From a virus, in UHGV virus genome UHGV-1616770: 13,110 nucleotides of DNA; one strand, written 5' to 3'. The position numbers were made by a program, and so were the translations under genes. The notes beneath the pieces were generated by a model. That model searched no databases and had not been told where the DNA came from. It was given only the letters and a program-made list of their open reading frames with translations. Shown in pieces: positions 7,925 to 13,110 of this stretch. How positions within the stretch are numbered: position 1 is the first letter of the stretch; every line of letters begins with the position of its first letter.

Positions 7925-8999
7925 CTTCATCACTCCTTACTCTGGCATCAACCACATTAATATTGATCGCCACAGGTTGGGGATGTTCATTATCTTCCAC
8001 CGTTTCGATCTCTTTGCACAGCTTCTGGTTTTCCATTCTGCGCCGTTCAATTTCCAGTTCCTGTAGCCGCTTATCTGCACATAAAGCCCCACCAGCAGCA
8101 AGCAAACGCAACAATTCACGCCGGGCGGCAGCCTTATCCTCCAGCAGGATCTCAACACCAAATTTTCCGAGCTTTGCCCCTGCATATAATTGCCGCGCTT
8201 CCCCATCAAGCAGAGTGGTATCAGCCATATAAAGCTGCCCCGTTCCCTCACCGCAGCACTTCGGGCAGTCCGGATTGGGTATGGCGTTATCAACAAAGCC
8301 AAGGCCACCATATTCCGGCTCGGGTTTGCCATCTCTGGAGGCCTGCGACGCTGCCTTATCGAATTCTGCTATATCGCGCCACTGGTAGTGATGATTCTCG
8401 CCCCAGCAATAACGGCAGTTAACACGGCGAAATTGTGCCAACTGATTGGGGTCGGCCTGGACAATGGCCATCAACTGACTCACCAGTAAATCCAGGTCTG
8501 CGGTATAGCGTTTCTGGTACTGATTGCGGAAGTAGCTGATAGCACGAAAAACCTTAGGATTTCTTAGGAGCTGGCTGGCGGTTACGTAGGCCGCATTCCC
8601 CTCTGACTCGTATCCTGCCAGGCGATATGCCTCAACGAGTTTTTTCCCCTGGGCAACCAGCATTGCGAATTTCGCCTGCTGGTCAGAAACGCCGAATTCA
8701 TCGGGACAGAACGAAATTTCTTCCGCATCGCCCTCATTCAGGTACGCATCGGATACTGGCTTTTTTTCCTGAGATTTTCCGTTCCGCTTTTGTGCAGTCT
8801 GCGCAGATTTTTTCTGCGCACTTTTTTGCGCAGTTTTGCGCATTTCTGTCTGCGCATTTTTCGGAGGTTTTTTGATGTAACGACGGGCTGTTGCGTAATT
8901 CAGTCCCCTGGCTTCACACCATGCCACCGGAGATATACCGGAGCGGGTGTATTCAGCAATATACTCCTGCTGCAACGCCCCCCAGTCCGGTCTGCTCAT
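7905..8999 (-). CDS. Terminase small subunit (TerS), unusually long multi-domain form
   Basis: 364-aa ORF immediately upstream of TerL. It has an N-terminal HTH-like segment, a basic K/A/Q-repeat linker, a segment resembling the terminase small-subunit HTH (…AYRLAGYESEGNAAYVTASQLLRNPKVFRAI…), a Cys cluster (C-x2-C…HH…C-x2-CC) and a C-terminal coiled-coil-like tail. ATG at 8999..8997, AGGA RBS. Confidence 0.7.
   Translation of the reverse strand: MSRPDWGALQQEYIAEYTRSGISPVAWCEARGLNYATARRYIKKPPKNAQTEMRKTAQKSAQKKSAQTAQKRNGKSQEKKPVSDAYLNEGDAEEISFCPDEFGVSDQQAKFAMLVAQGKKLVEAYRLAGYESEGNAAYVTASQLLRNPKVFRAISYFRNQYQKRYTADLDLLVSQLMAIVQADPNQLAQFRRVNCRYCWGENHHYQWRDIAEFDKAASQASRDGKPEPEYGGLGFVDNAIPNPDCPKCCGEGTGQLYMADTTLLDGEARQLYAGAKLGKFGVEILLEDKAAARRELLRLLAAGGALCADKRLQELEIERRRMENQKLCKEIETVEDNEHPQPVAININVVDARVRSDEDDLSDA
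8791..8856. repeat. Cluster of palindromic TGCGCA hexamers interleaved with T/A tracts inside the terS 5' region
   Basis: Plus-strand TGCGCA at 8800, 8815, 8827, 8837 and 8851, plus TGTGCA at 8791, each flanked by T-runs, with 9-15 bp spacing. On the coding strand these encode the Ala-Gln-Lys repeat linker of TerS. Confidence 0.5.
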
Positions 9000-9002
9000 C
9001 AG

Positions 9003-9254
9003 TTAGTCCTGATTTTTATCCACCCTGAGTAGTTCGCGCAGGGCAAAGGCATCCCCTTTTCTGGCAAGCTTAAACAATGCCGCCCGTAGCTCGGCTTCAC
9101 CTTTCGCTCTGCCCTTACGGATGGACGCGTAAAAATTTGTCATTGCTTCCCGATTTTCTTTCAGTCGGTTCAGATCAACATCCAGAACGTCAGCGATTTG
9201 TTGTGCAGTCATCCGGCACGCTGCCAGAGACTCGACTTTCGAATACGGAATCAT
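9003..9254 (-). CDS. Small helix-turn-helix-like protein upstream of terS (packaging-associated or regulatory; function unknown)
   Basis: 83-aa ORF with ATG at 9254..9252 and a GGGGGTGA RBS; its stop at 9005..9003 is 3 nt before the terS ATG. The sequence is predicted helical and basic C-terminally (…MTAQQIADVLDVDLNRLK…). It overlaps the 3' end of the upstream reading frame by 65 nt. Confidence 0.5.
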   Translation of the reverse strand: MIPYSKVESLAACRMTAQQIADVLDVDLNRLKENREAMTNFYASIRKGRAKGEAELRAALFKLARKGDAFALRELLRVDKNQD

Positions 9255-9726
9255 TTGTCACCCCCATTAATATGCAGGGTGTCTTCTTCCTGTATTTTTC
9301 GTGAAGGATTTTTACTGCAGCGTTGTTCCAGGTGACCTGATGATGAATGCGTTTATGGCTGGCGCCCATCAGTGAGATTTTTACGCACGACGGCGCATAC
9401 ATGACGGAATAAAAACTTTTAACGTAGGTCCCGGAATCCAGATACAGCTCGGTCATTCCGCCGCTGTTTTTCTGCGTCTGTTTCTGCCCTAACTGGACAG
9501 CACCGATCGTCATAAACAATTCACCACGGCGACCGAGATTCGTGTACGTATTCACATCCTCGTTAATGCGCCCCATGAATGAGAACGGTCGATCAACCGA
9601 ACAGATAAAGCTGTTCATTGCCTTGCGTTTCACCCACGAAGCATGGCCGCCATTGTCACCAAGAAAATCCCCGCCCTGCGACATAGCGATGGAAAGCACG
9701 GGCATTGATTCGTAATACGCCAGCAT
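9190..9726 (-). CDS. C-terminal portion of the GT-A-like gene (same reading frame, downstream of the in-frame amber)
   Basis: 178 codons open in the same frame as 9769..10122 (10122 minus 9726 is 396, a multiple of 3). There is no Shine-Dalgarno before the ATG at 9726, so independent translation is doubtful. TGA stop at 9192..9190. Confidence 0.4.
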   Translation of the reverse strand: MLAYYESMPVLSIAMSQGGDFLGDNGGHASWVKRKAMNSFICSVDRPFSFMGRINEDVNTYTNLGRRGELFMTIGAVQLGQKQTQKNSGGMTELYLDSGTYVKSFYSVMYAPSCVKISLMGASHKRIHHQVTWNNAAVKILHEKYRKKTPCILMGVTNDSVFESRVSGSVPDDCTTNR

Positions 9727-9768
9727 TTCAGAAAGGATCGCATCCAGTTTCCTTATCGGGAAATAGGC

Positions 9769-10122
9769 CTAGTCATAGTTGCGATCCACCCGAAACTGGA
9801 ACTCGTGATAATCATCATCGAGCTGAATGAAGTATTTACACCCGACCAGTTTTGCCAGGTCGAAACAGGCATTACGGGCGTAAAAAATTGAGCGGCGGTC
9901 ACCAAAATTATCGGCTTCGTCAAAACGACTGGCAATATCGGCTTTGGAAAATACCAGCACCTGTTCACCAAATTCAGCCATGTACTGATGCCGTGTCTTA
10001 TCTTCATCATCAACAACGATAAAAATTTTCCCGGTATAGCCAGCACGACGCAACGTCCGGTAAGTCAGAACTTTGTCCGGTCGCCCGTGAGTCAGAATAA
10101 AGGCGCAAAAATCATCACGCAT
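9769..10122 (-). CDS. GT-A-fold glycosyltransferase-like protein, N-terminal portion ending at an in-frame amber codon
   Basis: Strong GGAGGAGG RBS and ATG at 10122..10120 overlapping the ParB-like gene stop (ATGCGTGA). The N-terminus has a strand-helix-strand pattern (FCAFILTHGRPDKVLTYRTLRRAGYTGKIFIVVDDEDK) and a later DxD-like motif (YFIQLDDDYHEF), resembling nucleotide-sugar transferases. The frame ends at TAG (plus 9769..9771 reads CTA). Confidence 0.55.
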   Translation of the reverse strand: MRDDFCAFILTHGRPDKVLTYRTLRRAGYTGKIFIVVDDEDKTRHQYMAEFGEQVLVFSKADIASRFDEADNFGDRRSIFYARNACFDLAKLVGCKYFIQLDDDYHEFQFRVDRNYD

Positions 10123-10903
10123 ATTCCTCCTCCCCGCTATGCATGATCGCCACCATGCGCTGCGTCATTCGGACAAATCCATTTTCAATAGCCTGCTGAT
10201 AATCAATGATCACCAGCGCCGACTCCTCGAAAAGGCACTGAATTTCAGCGGGGGCATGAGCGTAATAGTCCGCAATTCTGCTGAAATTAAACACCGTGTG
10301 ACGTTCTGCCGCACACAGGAGGAATTTCTCAATATCAGGATCAAGGGACGCCGAACGTATCCGGCTGATCAGCTCCTGAGTTTTCGTATCGTCGTACAGT
10401 TCACTGATATCCGGTTTACCGCCCGACGGCTCATAAACAGGCGTATCAATTTTCGTCGTATACGGCTCCTCCTTATTTCCTGTACCGGGCAAAACATCCG
10501 TCAACAGTTCATCAATTTCTGTCGGGCCGAAGCCTGTCAGGGAGACATCAAAATCAGCATTGATTAGGTCCGACAGCTCCATCCGCAACAGATCTTCATC
10601 CCAGCCAGCATTCATCGGTAGGCGATTATCTGCCAGGCGGTACGCCTTTTTCTGCTCATCCGTCAGGCCAGACAGAACAATGACCGGAACAGAATCCATT
10701 TTGAGCATTTCAGCCGCCATAACACGACCGTGACCCGCAATAATTTCGCCCTTTTCGTCAATCAGCACCGGATTAGTCCAGCCGAATTGCTTAATACTTT
10801 CTACCAGTTGTGCCACCTGCTCAGTACTGTGCGTCCTGGCGTTGTGCGCATACGGTGACAATTCTTGTAATGGGCGATAGACTATCTTTAATTTCTCGCT
10901 CAT
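10115..10903 (-). CDS. ParB-like nuclease domain (ParB/Srx fold) protein
   Basis: 262-aa ORF whose N-terminal domain matches the ParB N-terminal pattern (…YRPLQELSPYAHNARTHS…QLVESIKQFGWTNPVLID…EIIAGHGRVMAA…). ATG at 10903..10901 with an AAGG RBS; the stop overlaps the start of the downstream gene. Confidence 0.8.
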   Translation of the reverse strand: MSEKLKIVYRPLQELSPYAHNARTHSTEQVAQLVESIKQFGWTNPVLIDEKGEIIAGHGRVMAAEMLKMDSVPVIVLSGLTDEQKKAYRLADNRLPMNAGWDEDLLRMELSDLINADFDVSLTGFGPTEIDELLTDVLPGTGNKEEPYTTKIDTPVYEPSGGKPDISELYDDTKTQELISRIRSASLDPDIEKFLLCAAERHTVFNFSRIADYYAHAPAEIQCLFEESALVIIDYQQAIENGFVRMTQRMVAIMHSGEEEYA

Positions 10904-10918
10904 ACAGCCTTGCTTTAT

Positions 10919-10954
10919 GAATAAAACGCACCCCAGCAGCCAGTGCTACTGGGG
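10919..10954 (-). terminator. GC-rich hairpin plus U-tract downstream of trkG (putative intrinsic terminator)
   Basis: Plus CCCCAG (10931..10936) and CTGGGG (10949..10954) are reverse complements, with an inner CCAGT/ACTGG pair. On the minus-strand RNA the hairpin is followed by UGCG then UUUUAU (plus 10921..10926). It lies between the trkG stop (11041) and the ParB-like start (10903). Confidence 0.45.
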
Positions 10955-11040
10955 GCGGAGGTGTTGCTGGTAAAGTTAGGTATTGGATCAATGAGTGAGT
11001 CAATATAATATTAAACTCACAATTATAAATCAGCCATATA

Positions 11041-12498
11041 TTAGGAGCGCCAAAAAAAACCTGAAAACAATATAATAACAGGATAAATTTCAAGGCGACC
11101 AAGAATCATAGCTATGCACATTAAATATTTTGCAATGTCATTAAGCACTCCGAATGACGATGCAGTAGCCCCAAAACCTAATCCCATATTATTAATACAT
11201 GCAGCCACTGTTGCAAATGATGTAAGAAAATCATATCCCATACCATTTAACACCAGTATAAAAAACACCGTGAAGAGAGTATAAAGAAAAAAGAAACTCC
11301 ATACAGACCTCATTACACGATCTGTAACTATCTTCCCTCCTACATTTACACTCAACAACGCTCTGGGATGAGAAAGCTGATTTATCTCGTGTTTGCTTTG
11401 TTTGAAAAGTATAAGAAATCGAAGTGACTTAATTCCACCACAAGTTGAACCTATACATCCCCCAAAGAAACTTGACGACAGCAAAAACACTATCGTGTGC
11501 GTGGGCCAGTTTGCATAATCCTGCGTAGCTAAACCATTATCAGTGAGCATGGAGCTGGCAAGAAAAAACGAATGAATAAAACTTCCATGCAAGTCATACA
11601 TACCTATATGCCAGACCTGGAAAGAGGTAACAATGATCACCCCTAAGGCTATTAACAGAAAGAAACGAAGTTCAATATCTCTGATTAAAGGTTTTATCGT
11701 TTTCCTGCTAATAACAATATACCAAAGAGTGAAGTTGAAAGCCGATAGCAGGGAAAAAGAACCAGCCACCAGCTCAACCAAATAGTTATTAAAATATCCG
11801 ATACTCTCGCTATGAGTTGAGAAACCACCAAGCGAAACTGTGGAAATCCCGTGACAAATAGCATCAAACAAAGGCATTCCTGCAAGTCTATAACAGACAA
11901 TACAAGCAATACCTAATAAAGAATAAGTTATCCACAGTGTCCGTGACGTATCGGCCAGGCGGGGAGTGAGTTTGTCATCCTTAAATGGCCCCGGCATTTC
12001 TGACTGATAAAGCTTTGCACCACCAATACCCAATAATGGCAATACAGCAACCGCCAGAACAATAACTCCTAAACCACCTATAAAATTTAACTGTGACCGA
12101 TAGTACAAATATGCCCGAGGTAATGAACTAACATCATCAATTACAGTTGCTCCTGTTGTTGTTATTCCAGAAACCCCTTCAAACAGAGCATCAATGAACG
12201 TTAAATTAAGTTCTGAGTCAATCCATAAAGGGAATGCACTAATAACAGAAAACAAAATCCAAAACATTACAATTATAATAAACCCATCACGGGTACGTAA
12301 TTGAATGCCAGATTTCTTAGTTGTATACCACGCTCCGCCACCAATGCAAAAAAATATAACGAAAGTTATAAAGAAAACGAACAGGCTTTTTTCTTTATAA
12401 AACAATGCTACAACCATTGGTGGCAACATTGAAAGACTATAGAGCCAAACCAGGAACCCACACATATGAGTAACAACTCTTACATGAGATGTATTCAT
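11041..12498 (-). CDS. trkG: TrkH/TrkG-family potassium uptake protein (prophage moron)
   Basis: Polytopic membrane protein; from ATG 12498..12496 (MNTSHVRVVTHMCGFLVW…) it is 485 aa, which I recognise as E. coli Rac-prophage TrkG. The ORF-track start at 12516 is TTG and likely an over-extension. The gene is visibly more AT-rich than its flanks. TAA stop at 11043..11041. Confidence 0.9.
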   Translation of the reverse strand: MNTSHVRVVTHMCGFLVWLYSLSMLPPMVVALFYKEKSLFVFFITFVIFFCIGGGAWYTTKKSGIQLRTRDGFIIIVMFWILFSVISAFPLWIDSELNLTFIDALFEGVSGITTTGATVIDDVSSLPRAYLYYRSQLNFIGGLGVIVLAVAVLPLLGIGGAKLYQSEMPGPFKDDKLTPRLADTSRTLWITYSLLGIACIVCYRLAGMPLFDAICHGISTVSLGGFSTHSESIGYFNNYLVELVAGSFSLLSAFNFTLWYIVISRKTIKPLIRDIELRFFLLIALGVIIVTSFQVWHIGMYDLHGSFIHSFFLASSMLTDNGLATQDYANWPTHTIVFLLSSSFFGGCIGSTCGGIKSLRFLILFKQSKHEINQLSHPRALLSVNVGGKIVTDRVMRSVWSFFFLYTLFTVFFILVLNGMGYDFLTSFATVAACINNMGLGFGATASSFGVLNDIAKYLMCIAMILGRLEIYPVIILFSGFFWRS

Positions 12499-12516
12499 AT
12501 CTAAATATTCTTTCAA

Positions 12517-12549
12517 TTATAACCACCTTGCTGCAATATTATGATTATA
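12517..12549 (-). promoter_or_regulatory. Candidate sigma70 -10 elements upstream of trkG
   Basis: Two perfect TATAAT hexamers on the minus strand (plus 12517..12522 and 12544..12549) in the AT-rich gap between Rz and trkG. The -35 regions are poor, so this is a weak call. Confidence 0.25.
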
Positions 12550-12635
12550 CTGTATAAAATTTAACTCCTCTTAGATCTTACTTCACTGTTCCTTATGAAA
12601 CAATCATCAAAATGAATCATATTGTAGTTAAGATT

Positions 12636-13100
12636 TTACTTTAAACACTGTTCGGTTATGTATTGCTGAGCACCTTCAAGTTGGGCCTGCATCATTACCA
12701 GTCGTTCCCGGAGGGTGAAATAATCCCGTTCAGCGGTGTCTGCCAGTCGGGGGGAGGCTGCATTATCCACGCCGGAGGCGGTGGTGGCTTCACGCACTGA
12801 CTGACAGACTGCTTTGATGTGCAACCGACGACGACCAGCGGCAACATCATCACGCAGAGCATCATTTTCAGCTTTCGCATCAGCTAACTCCTTCGTGTAT
12901 TTTGCATCGAGCGCAGCAACATCACGCTGACGCATCTGCATGTCAGTAATTGCCGCGTTCGCCAGCTTCAGTTCTCTGGCATTTTTGTCGCGCTGGGCTT
13001 TGTAGGTAATGGCGTTATCACGGTAATGATTAACAGCCCATGACAGGCAGACGATGATGCAGATAACCAGAGCGGAGATAATCGCGGTTACTCTGTTCAT
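12636..13100 (-). CDS. Rz: Rz-like i-spanin (inner-membrane spanin)
   Basis: 154-aa ORF with an N-terminal transmembrane segment ([18 protein letters not shown]) followed by a charged coiled-coil-like periplasmic domain; it is near-identical to phage lambda Rz as I recall it, and contains the embedded Rz1 frame. Coordinates follow the ORF track. Confidence 0.9.
   Translation of the reverse strand: MNRVTAIISALVICIIVCLSWAVNHYRDNAITYKAQRDKNARELKLANAAITDMQMRQRDVAALDAKYTKELADAKAENDALRDDVAAGRRRLHIKAVCQSVREATTASGVDNAASPRLADTAERDYFTLRERLVMMQAQLEGAQQYITEQCLK
12695..12880 (-). CDS. Rz1: Rz1-like o-spanin (outer-membrane lipoprotein), embedded in the +1 frame of Rz
   Basis: 61-aa ORF with signal peptide and lipobox (LPLVVVGC) followed by a proline-rich segment ([13 protein letters not shown]), nested wholly within Rz in another frame, which is the classic lambda Rz/Rz1 arrangement. 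Confidence 0.85.
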   Translation of the reverse strand: MRKLKMMLCVMMLPLVVVGCTSKQSVSQCVKPPPPPAWIMQPPPDWQTPLNGIISPSGNDW

Positions 13101-13110
13101 TGCTGACCCC

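Noticed and set aside
3263-9304. Plus-strand ORFs of 62-162 aa antisense to the structural and packaging genes (e.g. 3263..3535, 3279..3560, 3855..4112, 4109..4390, 4144..4401, 4494..4682, 4553..4912, 5369..5563, 5682..5954, 5958..6446, 7595..7882, 7963..8232, 8174..8422, 8190..8489, 8627..8875, 8790..9032, 9077..9304)
   Set aside because: They lie entirely within, and antisense to, well-supported minus-strand genes, lack convincing ribosome-binding sites, and have low-complexity or odd compositions typical of chance frames opposite coding sequence.
10139-10567. Plus-strand 142-aa ORF antisense to the ParB-like gene
   Set aside because: It is fully embedded antisense in a gene with a clear ParB-domain signature and has no recognisable features of its own.
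572-11909. Nested minus-strand ORFs in alternative frames (572..859, 2569..2880, 3392..3622, 3740..3967, 7279..7503, 7937..8332, 9753..10046, 10821..11102, 11694..11909)
   Set aside because: Each overlaps a longer, better-supported gene in a different frame. 9753..10046 merely bridges the amber site out of frame, and 10821..11102 spans the trkG terminator and intergenic region.
12499-12516. N-terminal extension of trkG (ORF-track start at 12516)
   Set aside because: It starts at TTG; the ATG at 12498 gives the 485-aa protein matching the known TrkG N-terminus (MNTSHVRV…).
13078-13110. Apparent 1-nt discrepancy between the displayed sequence and the ORF track at the 3' end
   Set aside because: The last displayed line has 31 bases and reads ...agataaatcgc..., while the Rz translation (…AIIS…) implies ...agataatcgc.... 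This is most likely a display artefact and not a biological frameshift; ORF-track coordinates were used.
1-13110. Integrase, attachment site, tRNA, CRISPR array or insertion sequence
   Set aside because: No tyrosine-recombinase-like ORF, tRNA-like structure, repeat-spacer array or transposase with terminal inverted repeats was seen; the window is entirely prophage late region.

Overview
This window is the late (lysis-proximal to head/connector) region of a lambdoid, Rac-like prophage of an enterobacterium; every gene I accept is on the minus strand, read from 13100 down to 1. Order on the minus strand: Rz/Rz1 spanins (13100-12636), an AT-rich trkG potassium-transporter moron with its own putative promoter and terminator (12498-11041), a ParB-like nuclease-domain gene (10903-10115) translationally coupled to a GT-A-like glycosyltransferase-type gene split by an in-frame amber codon (10122-9190), a small HTH-like gene (9254-9003), terminase small and large subunits, portal, Mu F/SPP1 gp7-like head morphogenesis protein, scaffold, major capsid protein, four small head-tail connector/completion genes and a tail-completion-like gene. 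The most interesting part is the accessory module between lysis and packaging genes (the position where lambda carries bor), above all the ParB-like/GT-A-like pair and its amber interruption. Other notable signals are a palindromic TGCGCA repeat cluster inside terS (candidate pac site) and two UUCG-tetraloop terminator-like hairpins bracketing the scaffold and capsid genes. No tRNA, rRNA, CRISPR array, integrase or transposase is visible. All protein-family assignments come from reading motifs and synteny by eye; no database search was run. The displayed sequence has one extra base in its final line relative to the ORF track, so I used ORF-track coordinates there.
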